Source of the DNA: a virus
Reading direction: 5' to 3' (one strand)
Virus record (IMG/VR): IMGVR_UViG_3300038466_000102
Coordinates: 1-45,253 of that record
Length of the DNA stretch: 45,253 nucleotides
Part shown: positions 18,818 to 25,986 of the stretch, one piece after another
Layout of the letters: the number at the start of each line of letters is the position of its first letter
Numbering within the stretch: position 1 is the first letter of the stretch
Translations under genes and position numbers: made by a program
Notes under the pieces: generated by a model
What the model saw: only the letters and a program-made list of their open reading frames with translations
Told to the model about the DNA's origin: nothing
Database searches by the model: none

Positions 18818-18848
18818 CCCTCTGCGGCAACACTCAGAGGGCTTTTTT
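18818..18848 (+). terminator. Intrinsic-terminator-like hairpin plus T6 that also contains the SD of the next gene
   Basis: CCCTCTG (18818-18824) pairs with CAGAGGG (18835-18841) around a 10-nt loop. C then TTTTTT (18843-18848) follows, and the ATG is at 18849. Confidence 0.6.
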
Positions 18849-18977
18849 ATGACTGAGAAAGAAAATAATCTTGACTTTTTTATCTTACTGGCATTCTGCC
18901 TGATCGGTTTTGGTTATCTGATTTTTACTTGGGTGGCGTTTGCTTTAGCTTTTATTATTGTGGTGTTTAACCTATGA
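18849..18977 (+). CDS. Small membrane protein (42 aa)
   Basis: Hand translation MTEKENNLDFFILLAFCLIGFGYLIFTWVAFALAFIIVVFNL; AGAGGG lies 7 nt upstream; ATGA overlap with the next ORF. Confidence 0.45.
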   Translation: MTEKENNLDFFILLAFCLIGFGYLIFTWVAFALAFIIVVFNL

Positions 18978-19300
18978 AATGGAAATCTCTTACCAGGCAA
19001 AAATTTCTCCTCTCCTTTTTTGACAGTCGTGAATGTTACCAAACCAAAGAAGTTAACGGATTTGTTTTGGCTAAATATTTCAGTAATAATACTCACCGAT
19101 GGGAAGTTATGGTTTATACCCCGGAAAGTTACCAAAAAGCGATCTCTACCTATCATCAATTTGTAAAAGTCCCTGATCCCCAATTGTCCAATAAGGATCA
19201 AACTACCATTTTCCCAGGTGGTTGGAAAAGCCCGGTAAGCGAATCGCTACGCCGGAAGTTGTCCCCGGAGGTTGTACCGTCACAGACTCCCGATGTGTAA
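18974..19300 (+). CDS. Hypothetical protein (108 aa)
   Basis: Track ORF. Preferred over antisense ORF 18914..19201 because every other gene is on the + strand and it is coupled to the upstream ORF. Confidence 0.55.
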   Translation: MKWKSLTRQKFLLSFFDSRECYQTKEVNGFVLAKYFSNNTHRWEVMVYTPESYQKAISTYHQFVKVPDPQLSNKDQTTIFPGGWKSPVSESLRRKLSPEVVPSQTPDV

Positions 19301-19389
19301 GTCATCGGTATGGGAGGCAAAGCTCGCTGAGGGTAAAGCTGTACCCGGGCCTTTGAAGCGAGAGATCACAACACCGCCGAAATTACTTG

Positions 19390-19409
19390 ACTATAGAGTC
19401 ATCTATAGT
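19390..19409. promoter_or_regulatory. Inverted repeat ACTATAGA-GTCA-TCTATAGT (candidate operator)
   Basis: Read directly; intergenic. It overlaps the TTGACT (19387-19392) and TATAGT (19404-19409) hexamers. Confidence 0.35.
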
Positions 19410-19450
19410 TAGGGCTTTTATTACCCATAAGCTAATTGTAGGATGAAAAT

Positions 19451-19702
19451 ATGTCAGAGTTTGAATGCTATAACAAAGACTGTAAAAAAATGGTTGACTA
19501 CCAAGCAACCGGTAGTTTCTTTTGCTGTCAGGAATGCAAGGCTGCGTATAATAAAAATCGGCGGCCGGCTAATTCAGCGGAGCGGAAACTGACGGTTCCG
19601 GAGATGCAGGAGAAATTAAAAGCGATCGCGGCGGCACTGCGGGAGCGCCGGTTAAACTATCAGCCGAGTATTTTTCCGGCGCAGACTCAAATTGCCGCTT
19701 GA
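19451..19702 (+). CDS. Small Zn-ribbon protein (TRASH/FCS-like CxxC...FCCxxC)
   Basis: Track ORF; contains CYNKDCKK...FFCCQECKAAY. Confidence 0.6.
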   Translation: MSEFECYNKDCKKMVDYQATGSFFCCQECKAAYNKNRRPANSAERKLTVPEMQEKLKAIAAALRERRLNYQPSIFPAQTQIAA

Positions 19703-19727
19703 CAAGCATTTAATTATTGGTTAATAT
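19699..19727 (+). promoter_or_regulatory. Sigma70-like promoter (TTGACA-17 nt-TAATAT)
   Basis: TTGACA at 19699-19704 and TAATAT at 19722-19727, upstream of AGGAGG and ATG 19754. Confidence 0.6.
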
Positions 19728-19753
19728 TAATTATATTAAATTTAGGAGGCCAT

Positions 19754-20566
19754 ATGCCCGAAGATACAGTGACAGAGTCCCCAGCAAAAGCCAAGTTAAG
19801 AGCGACAGCCGAAGCCTTGAAGGCGGCGTCAGAAGCAAATAAATTCCAAGAGTTAGCGACCACCAATAAAGAGTTGGTGGAGATATTCCAGAGCAATGCC
19901 AATGTCGGCACTAAGCAAGTGTCCTCGGAAGACCTGGAAGTTCCCTCGCTGCGACTGATACAGAAGACTTCTGATTTGGAGATTGCCGGCGGCGAGGCAG
20001 TCAAACTTGGCTATCTTTACCGGTCTGACAGTATGATCCAGAGGAAAGAGATGCTGGTGAATATCCTTTGTTTTAAGAAAGTCTGGGCGGATAACTTTAA
20101 CCGTACCGCTGAGGAGAGAAAGCATATTTACTATGGTGCCTTTGAGGGCAGTTCGGATATTTTTCGGATGTACCTGAGGGGCTGGAGTTTGACTGGATCG
20201 CGCAAGTTTCTTTCTGAAGTTAAACGGATGCAGAATAAGTTTAAACTGCCGATGTACGCTTTACAGGTGAGGCTGTCCAGCAAAGAAGAGCATGGGGTGA
20301 TTAAAGAGACGAGCCAGGCCTACACGACCTTTGGCATGGTCATGACTGTGGTGAAGAATGCCGAGGGAATGCCTTTAGTGGAAGAAGATCCCGGCCGGGC
20401 CACCTGGTTGAAAGAGATGGCGCTTAATTTTGAGTCATTAAATAGCAGTGATGAGGAGACAGAGACTCCGGAACCCAGGTCTATCCCGGTCAAACCGGTT
20501 GAACCGGAACCAGCACCGACGGAGCCAGAGACTGAACATGTTGAGCCGTCGGATATTCCTTTTTAA
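19754..20566 (+). CDS. Putative ssDNA-binding / annealing protein with SSB-type acidic C-terminal tip (...EPSDIPF)
   Basis: Track ORF; AGGAGG upstream. The C-terminus is acidic and Pro-rich and ends in DIPF, as in bacterial SSB. Confidence 0.5.
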   Translation: MPEDTVTESPAKAKLRATAEALKAASEANKFQELATTNKELVEIFQSNANVGTKQVSSEDLEVPSLRLIQKTSDLEIAGGEAVKLGYLYRSDSMIQRKEMLVNILCFKKVWADNFNRTAEERKHIYYGAFEGSSDIFRMYLRGWSLTGSRKFLSEVKRMQNKFKLPMYALQVRLSSKEEHGVIKETSQAYTTFGMVMTVVKNAEGMPLVEEDPGRATWLKEMALNFESLNSSDEETETPEPRSIPVKPVEPEPAPTEPETEHVEPSDIPF

Positions 20567-20568
20567 AT

Positions 20569-20835
20569 ATGATACCTGCCAAAGTTGACTACGTTGCCAA
20601 AAGTTTACTCACCGGGTACAAACTCGGCCTTAAGGAAGCTAATCTTTATGTGGGGATACCGGCAAAATACTGGCAAGGCCAGATGATCCGGATTCGTTAT
20701 AAGAACGAGGTCAAAGAATTTTGCTTTGACCAGATTGTTAAACGTGAAGAATTTAATGATAAATTTATTCCCGGGGCCACCTACACCTTGGTGTATGTGC
20801 TTTGGCACCGGGTAAAGAAAGGACCGATTGTATGA
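20569..20835 (+). CDS. Hypothetical protein (88 aa)
   Basis: Track ORF; tightly packed after the previous gene. Confidence 0.6.
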   Translation: MIPAKVDYVAKSLLTGYKLGLKEANLYVGIPAKYWQGQMIRIRYKNEVKEFCFDQIVKREEFNDKFIPGATYTLVYVLWHRVKKGPIV

Positions 20836-21098
20836 AGCGTACCAGTAAGTGGCAGATGTTTTTTAAACGGATGCCTTTGGGGAAAATATTTGAGATACGG
20901 ATTGCCCAGCATATTGCTAAATGCGGCTGTGAGCCTAAGGTAATCTTTATTGGCCCAGATGATTTTGCTCTTTTCAGGGCCAGGGCGGCAGTAGGAAAAG
21001 AACAGTTTGTTTTGGGTTTGGGTAATCCACCCAAGCTATTTTGGCGGGGCATTGAGTTAATTAAATTGGAGGAAAAGCATGAAGTTCCAACCAGCTAA
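20832..21098 (+). CDS. Hypothetical protein (88 aa)
   Basis: Track ORF 20802..21098. The ATG at 20832 forms an ATGA overlap with the upstream stop. Confidence 0.55.
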   Translation: MKRTSKWQMFFKRMPLGKIFEIRIAQHIAKCGCEPKVIFIGPDDFALFRARAAVGKEQFVLGLGNPPKLFWRGIELIKLEEKHEVPTS

Positions 21099-21378
21099 AA
21101 ACATCGTTGTTCTTAAACCTTTAAAGACGGATGATTTGAAGGCAATGGGGATTGTCCGCAACTCTATCATTGAGGCGGCCGTGTCCAAACAGCCGCAACT
21201 CGGCCAAGTGGTCCAAGTCGGCGATATTAAGAAAGACAGCGAGCTGCCGTTCAGAGAGCTTAAGTCCGGCGATGTGGTTGCTTACCGGGAGTTCGGCGAC
21301 AATAAATTTATGCTGGGCATGGAAGAGGTGGTTTTTGTGGTGTTTGAGGATATATTAAGTATTTTGAAGAAGGAGTAA
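21079..21378 (+). CDS. groS: Co-chaperonin GroES/Cpn10 homologue
   Basis: Track ORF, 99 aa; GGAGGA upstream. Its length and pattern (KP..N.VV.KP...; GQVV.VGD; SGDVV.Y; E.DIL..L) match Cpn10, and it sits 0.4 kb upstream of GroEL. Confidence 0.75.
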   Translation: MKFQPAKNIVVLKPLKTDDLKAMGIVRNSIIEAAVSKQPQLGQVVQVGDIKKDSELPFRELKSGDVVAYREFGDNKFMLGMEEVVFVVFEDILSILKKE

Positions 21379-21381
21379 TTT

Positions 21382-21750
21382 ATGCGTAAAGGTTTTACAA
21401 GCATTGAAGTTTTAGTTATTGGTTTCTTATTTTTAATCTTTGTTTTTATACTAAGTTTTCCTTTATGGATTAGACTTCAGTCACTTGGCCGGGGAACACA
21501 TACCGGTTTTGTGACGGCCGTTGATCAGCGTGGTTACATTTGGAGGAATTACGAGGTTTATTTTAAGACTGATAATTCTTCTTCTCAGGAGGATGTTTAT
21601 TGTGTTCACCGGGTCAAGCAGGATTTAGTGGATGTTCTGCGCGGTTTTGCCATGACTGGCAAGAAAGTAACTATCATTTATCAAGGTGTCCGGGGAATAG
21701 GCTTTGGCCTATGTAGCCGTACTGAGATAAAAGGCTGGTCAATTAATTAA
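21382..21750 (+). CDS. Prepilin-like protein (class III signal peptide MRKGFTSIEVLV...)
   Basis: Track ORF, 122 aa; AAGGAG upstream. The N-terminus has basic residues, then G|FTSIE, then about 20 hydrophobic residues, which is the type IV prepilin cleavage/methylation motif. Confidence 0.55.
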   Translation: MRKGFTSIEVLVIGFLFLIFVFILSFPLWIRLQSLGRGTHTGFVTAVDQRGYIWRNYEVYFKTDNSSSQEDVYCVHRVKQDLVDVLRGFAMTGKKVTIIYQGVRGIGFGLCSRTEIKGWSIN

Positions 21751-21762
21751 ATAAGGAGTTTT

Positions 21763-23352
21763 ATGCGCGTCTATCATCGCCCGATTTGTTTTAAAGAAGA
21801 TGCCCGGACTAAATTGTTTAAGGGTGTTCAGATATTATCCGATGCCGTCACCACGACTCTCGGTCCCAAAGGCCGGAACGTGGCGGTCCTGCGGCAGTGG
21901 GGTACTCCGATTGTGGTTCATGACGGCGTGACTGTGGCCCGGGAGGTGGACTCGGACGATGTGTTTGAGAAGATCGGCATCATGCTGGTCAAGGAAGCGG
22001 CTCAGAAGACTAACGATGAGGCCGGGGACGGCACGACTACTGCGACCCTTTTGGCTTATGAGATTGTCCGGCAGGGGCTGGAGTTGATCAAGACCGGCTA
22101 TAATCCGATGGTGCTACGGAATGAAATTTATGCGGCTTTGCCGAAACTTCTGGAAAAGTTAAAGTCTATTTCCACTCCGGTTAAAGAGAACAAGGAGATT
22201 GCCCAGGTGGCCTTTATCAGCGCGGCCGATGAGTCAATCGGTAATTTAGTGGCCGGCGCGGTAACTAAGATGGGTGAAGACGGCTTGGTTACGGTTGACG
22301 AGGGGGAGACGATGGAGACGATTGTGGAATATACCAAGGGGATGGAGATCAAGCGCGGCTACTTTTCGCCTTACCTGATCACTAACGAGCAGCGGATGGA
22401 AGCGGTTATCATTAATCCGGTCATTGCCATCATCAATAAAAAGTTAACTCTTGCCAATGAAATGGTCCCGATCCTGTCGGAGATGGCCAAGGTTAGTAAA
22501 GACATTGTGATTATTGCTGATGACATCTCCGGCGATGCCTTGGCGACAATGATTCAGAATAAGCTTAAAGGGAACATTAATGCCGTAGGTATCTCTGCCC
22601 CGACTATGGACCGGGAAGCCGAACTGGCGGATATTGCCGTGGTGGTTGGTGGCAAGGTGATGTCCGAAAAGACCGGTTTTGACTTAAACACTTTGGAGCA
22701 ATCGCTTGGCCATGCCAAGAAGTTTGTGGCGGCCAGGGATAAATCCACGATCATTGACGGCGCCGGCACTAAAGAGCAGATCGCCGAGCGGGCCAAAGCC
22801 ATTAAGGCTCAAATGAAGCACGATCATAACAAATTTGAGAAGGAAAAATACGAGACGCGCCTGGCCCGGCTGACTACCGGTGTGGCCGTGATCAAGGTCG
22901 GTGCTAAAACTGAGATTGATATGCGGGAGAAAGTGGAGCGGGTTAAAGACGCTGTAGGCGCTGCTGAAGCGGCCAGGGAAGAGGGGATCATCCCCGGAGG
23001 CGGAACTGCCTTTATCAAGCTCAAAGCGGCCCTCAAAGGCACCACAGCGGGCGAGAAGCTGCTTTTAAATGTGCTGGACAGTCCGGTCCGGAAGCTGATG
23101 CAAAATGCCGGCGAGAGCGAAAATAAGATCAAGGAAGTAATTGATTCAATCCCTGACGGTCCGGCCAGTCTTGGTTACGAAATAAACCAGGGCAAAATTA
23201 TGGACCTTAAAGAAAAAGGGGTGATTGATCCGACCAAGGTGGTTCGGTTGGCCTTAGAGAATGCTGTCGGTGTCGGCACGTCTATATTAACTACTGACTG
23301 CTTGATCGGCCTGGTGGTTAAAGAGCAGGGTGGAGGCAAGACTTATGAGTGA
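21763..23352 (+). CDS. groL: Chaperonin GroEL/Cpn60 homologue (lacks the GGM tail)
   Basis: Track ORF, 529 aa. It contains TLGPKGRNV, DEAGDGTTTATLLA, GVAVIKVGA.TE, and GGG followed by GVIDPTKV, collinear with bacterial GroEL. Confidence 0.93.
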   Translation: MRVYHRPICFKEDARTKLFKGVQILSDAVTTTLGPKGRNVAVLRQWGTPIVVHDGVTVAREVDSDDVFEKIGIMLVKEAAQKTNDEAGDGTTTATLLAYEIVRQGLELIKTGYNPMVLRNEIYAALPKLLEKLKSISTPVKENKEIAQVAFISAADESIGNLVAGAVTKMGEDGLVTVDEGETMETIVEYTKGMEIKRGYFSPYLITNEQRMEAVIINPVIAIINKKLTLANEMVPILSEMAKVSKDIVIIADDISGDALATMIQNKLKGNINAVGISAPTMDREAELADIAVVVGGKVMSEKTGFDLNTLEQSLGHAKKFVAARDKSTIIDGAGTKEQIAERAKAIKAQMKHDHNKFEKEKYETRLARLTTGVAVIKVGAKTEIDMREKVERVKDAVGAAEAAREEGIIPGGGTAFIKLKAALKGTTAGEKLLLNVLDSPVRKLMQNAGESENKIKEVIDSIPDGPASLGYEINQGKIMDLKEKGVIDPTKVVRLALENAVGVGTSILTTDCLIGLVVKEQGGGKTYE

Positions 23353-23662
23353 TATAAAACGAGTTAACGAGGCTAAAATGGCCGAGGTTATTAAGACCAT
23401 GTCTAGTTTTAAGGCGCTCTATACCGAGTTTTCCCAGCTTTACAAGCTGTTAACGCCGGAAGAGCAGTTATTAACGGGCAATCTGGTCTTTGCCCAAAGT
23501 TGTCCCTGGGACAAAAACATTAATATTTCTGCTTTTGTCGGCAGTCCGATTATCTGTGAGGCATTGATGGGGGGAATCTCTCAATTAATGCGCCAGCAGC
23601 CCCAGCGTAATCCGATGGATCAGCCGTTAATTTCTCCGGCAGGCAGGGGGTTGCCTAACTAA
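23345..23662 (+). CDS. Hypothetical protein (105 aa)
   Basis: Track ORF 23330..23662. The ATG at 23345 overlaps the GroEL stop by 8 nt. Confidence 0.55.
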   Translation: MSDIKRVNEAKMAEVIKTMSSFKALYTEFSQLYKLLTPEEQLLTGNLVFAQSCPWDKNINISAFVGSPIICEALMGGISQLMRQQPQRNPMDQPLISPAGRGLPN

Positions 23663-24102
23663 TGATAGACGACATTTTTGGTTTTGATGGTATAGCGATG
23701 AAGTCGCCCTCTAAGTCAGATTTGAAAAACATATGCGATCGTTTATTTGAGGCGATCATTATTTCCCGCTACGGTAAATGTTTGGATACCGGCGTTAAAA
23801 CAGATTTGACTTGCATGAGGGTTATTCCGGCGCAATATATGTCAGTTCGGTGGGAGTATGCGAATGGGATTTGTTTAGGTGCTGACTCAGCCCGCTATTT
23901 CCGGAATAATCCTTTAGAGTGGGAGCAGTTTATAATGGAGCATTACGGGGATAGTTTTTTGCGCAAGCTTAAGGCCAAGGCTTTAGCTGATAAAAATTAC
24001 GGCCGTGAATATTTGGAGAAGCTTTATGCCAAACTTAAAGCTGATTGGGAGGCTCTGTCTGTCCGAGGAAGGGGAGATAGTTTACCTGCCGGTCGGCGCT
24101 AA
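23662..24102 (+). CDS. Hypothetical protein, distant NinG-like layout with degenerate Cys/His ligands
   Basis: Track ORF, 146 aa. The resemblance is weak and the function is uncertain. Confidence 0.4.
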   Translation: MIDDIFGFDGIAMKSPSKSDLKNICDRLFEAIIISRYGKCLDTGVKTDLTCMRVIPAQYMSVRWEYANGICLGADSARYFRNNPLEWEQFIMEHYGDSFLRKLKAKALADKNYGREYLEKLYAKLKADWEALSVRGRGDSLPAGRR

Positions 24103-24274
24103 TGCCAGATACAAAGAAATTGTCTACGATAGCGGTCAGCTGTCAGGCATCGCTGTGCATCTGACTCCGGATGAGTTTAAAATTGCCAAAGAGACCGAGG
24201 CCGATCTGTCGTTAACCGGGATTATTAATGCTAATAAAAAGCGGGAGGAGTCCAAAACCGGAGGAGTCCAATGA
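24026..24274 (+). CDS. Hypothetical protein (82 aa)
   Basis: Track ORF 24005..24274. The ATG at 24026 is preceded by GGAGAAG. It overlaps the previous gene by 77 nt in another frame. Confidence 0.45.
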   Translation: MPNLKLIGRLCLSEEGEIVYLPVGANARYKEIVYDSGQLSGIAVHLTPDEFKIAKETEADLSLTGIINANKKREESKTGGVQ

Positions 24275-24564
24275 AATGTCCCCGGCCCGGCTGCACCAAT
24301 GAAGCTAAGAAATCTCCTCAGTACGGCATCATTCCCTGCCAGAAGTGTCAGGACCGCGAAGCCGGTGAGGCTAATTTTACCCGCTATGAGTTTGACCATG
24401 TGGCAAAGCAACATCGGGCGCAGGAGCAACGCGATCACTTTGGCCAGGACATGGTCCAGCCTTTTATCCGCAACAAAGCGAATCCTGATTTTGCTAAACT
24501 ATATCCTAAGGAGGCAAAGCAGACTTTTAGCAAAGCAGACTATAAAGAAATGGCAAAGTCTTAA
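24271..24564 (+). CDS. Small Cys-rich (Zn-binding-like) protein
   Basis: Track ORF; GGAGGAG upstream; contains CPRPGC...CQKC. Confidence 0.6.
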   Translation: MKCPRPGCTNEAKKSPQYGIIPCQKCQDREAGEANFTRYEFDHVAKQHRAQEQRDHFGQDMVQPFIRNKANPDFAKLYPKEAKQTFSKADYKEMAKS

Positions 24565-24605
24565 ATTAAATTATGTCTGGCGGCAGCGCCGGCGAAGGAG
24601 ATATT

Positions 24606-24878
24606 ATGCGCAATATTTTTAAGAAGGTGGTCAGGCCGCAGTTAGTCCGGTTCTCCGGCGGTCCGGTCGTGTTCCGGCCTCGCTTTCCCTGGCTGTTGTC
24701 TTACCGGCCGGTGAATATGTTGGCTGATGTCTATTATTTGTTTCCGCTGAATTATTTGGTCCGGTGGTGGCGTTTGGCCCGGAACTATGTTTTAATGTTT
24801 ATTGCCAGGTTAATTATCAATTTTATCAGGAGGCATTCTCTTTATGCGCCGCGCCCGCAAGGTTCCCCTAAGTCCTGA
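24606..24878 (+). CDS. Hypothetical basic protein (90 aa)
   Basis: Track ORF 24573..24878. The ATG at 24606 is preceded by GAAGGAG. Confidence 0.5.
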   Translation: MRNIFKKVVRPQLVRFSGGPVVFRPRFPWLLSYRPVNMLADVYYLFPLNYLVRWWRLARNYVLMFIARLIINFIRRHSLYAPRPQGSPKS

Positions 24879-25179
24879 CCAGGTAAAATGGGTCAGGGAG
24901 GTTCTCAACAGCCATCTTCAGGTGACTGTGAGACAGCTGGCTAATGCTTTGAAGGTTACCCGGCCGACGCTGGTCAAAGGCATGGGGATCAGCTGGAAGG
25001 TGTTTAAGCAGGCTAATACACCGTTTTTAGCCAGGCTTATTAATCGTAATTTGTTGCCGGGGTTCCAGAAGAAGCTGCCGGCTCAGACTGCGCCGGTTTC
25101 TTCAGTGATTGAAGGGGAAGCGATCAAAGCTTATACTTTTAAAGAGGGTGGGATCGGAGAATTGGAGCCTAATGGATAA
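24844..25179 (+). CDS. Putative helix-turn-helix DNA-binding protein
   Basis: Track ORF; the segment VTVRQLANALKVTRPTLVKGMG looks like an HTH. Confidence 0.5.
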   Translation: MRRARKVPLSPDQVKWVREVLNSHLQVTVRQLANALKVTRPTLVKGMGISWKVFKQANTPFLARLINRNLLPGFQKKLPAQTAPVSSVIEGEAIKAYTFKEGGIGELEPNG

Positions 25180-25738
25180 ATATATTAAAATTAGGTCTAA
25201 CAATAAATTGGCCGTAGATAAGATTTTGGTGGGCGTTCCTGCCACCCAGGCGATTAGAGAAACAGGTCATACCCCGCACCGCCGGCAAATCGTCCGGCAC
25301 AATGCTATTAAACGGGTTATGGAAAGCAAGGGGGTTCAGTTTTATTTGAAACGGATCAACGAGGCATTAGAGGTAGAGAACGCCAAATTTCTCAAATCCA
25401 AAGAGGGAAAATCCAAGGCAATTGAAATGAGGGTAGGCGAGCGCATATTGCCGCGGTTGGTAATTAAGACCTACGTTGAAGGGTTGAATGCGACCAAGCT
25501 TTATGGTAAGGATGCTATTGAACACCCGGATACTAAGGTTAGGATTTTGGCTGCCGACCGGCTGTCGGAGTTTTTCAAGTGGCGCCGGCAAGAGGGGACA
25601 CCGTCCAGTCCGACCGGCACCAACTACAGCCAGTTTAATTTTTTCTCTGTCCCTGAAGATAAACGGGGCAAGTTTGATCAGGACTTCAAGGTCTTTCTAA
25701 AGCACTTTTACAATAAAAACAAGGATCAGGACAGCTAA
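25172..25738 (+). CDS. Small-terminase-like / DNA-binding protein
   Basis: Track ORF 25109..25738. The ATG at 25172 overlaps the upstream stop by 8 nt. The N-terminal segment ATQAIRETGHTP...NAIKRVMESKGVQFYLKRI resembles terminase small subunits. Confidence 0.4.
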   Translation: MDKYIKIRSNNKLAVDKILVGVPATQAIRETGHTPHRRQIVRHNAIKRVMESKGVQFYLKRINEALEVENAKFLKSKEGKSKAIEMRVGERILPRLVIKTYVEGLNATKLYGKDAIEHPDTKVRILAADRLSEFFKWRRQEGTPSSPTGTNYSQFNFFSVPEDKRGKFDQDFKVFLKHFYNKNKDQDS

Positions 25739-25949
25739 TCAAGATTAACTGTCCCTGCTTATCGGGGACCGCCATTTAATGCGGGCAGGCATTGGGGTTG
25801 GTTCCGGGTATATGACTGCGCGAGGATTAGCTTCGGGGTTTCTCATAGCCCCCCTCCTTTTTGATCTCGTAGGATAATAGCCCGGGGAAAGGCTCACAGC
25901 CAAGTCGCTACCCCTCCTGAGCGGGGACAGATAGCCTTGAAATTGGGAC

Positions 25950-25978
25950 TTGACAACCTATTAACTAATCGTTAAGCT
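25950..25978 (+). promoter_or_regulatory. Sigma70-like promoter (TTGACA-17 nt-TAAGCT) containing AATCGTTAAG
   Basis: TTGACA at 25950-25955 and TAAGCT at 25973-25978. The ATG at 25987 is 8 nt after the -10. Confidence 0.55.
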
Positions 25979-25986
25979 GGAGGTAT

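Noticed and set aside
19387-19415. TTGACT at 19387 as the -35 of a canonical promoter
   Set aside because: There is no acceptable -10 at 16-19 nt. TAGGGC/TTAGGG are poor, and TATAGT is only 11 nt away. The perfect inverted repeat is the better-supported feature.
18687-19450. tRNA or tmRNA genes in the larger intergenic gaps (18687-18848, 19301-19450, 25739-25949, 33446-33797, 34413-34963)
   Set aside because: By eye I found no GTTCRANYC T-loop with a matching acceptor/anticodon stem arrangement. The hairpins present do not assemble into a cloverleaf. A tRNAscan-SE/ARAGORN run would settle this.
24299-24622. Alternative-frame + ORFs nested in accepted genes (24299..24622, 3352..3543, 3931..4227, 4333..4524, 4717..4929, 7947..8147, 13120..13551, 21152..21358, 25488..25700, 27338..27559, 29176..29382, 35667..35900, 42278..42511, 44347..44559)
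   Set aside because: They lack an SD and coupling signals. Their composition is Arg/Leu/Ser-rich, as expected of off-frame translation, and they sit inside ORFs with recognisable domains or better start contexts.
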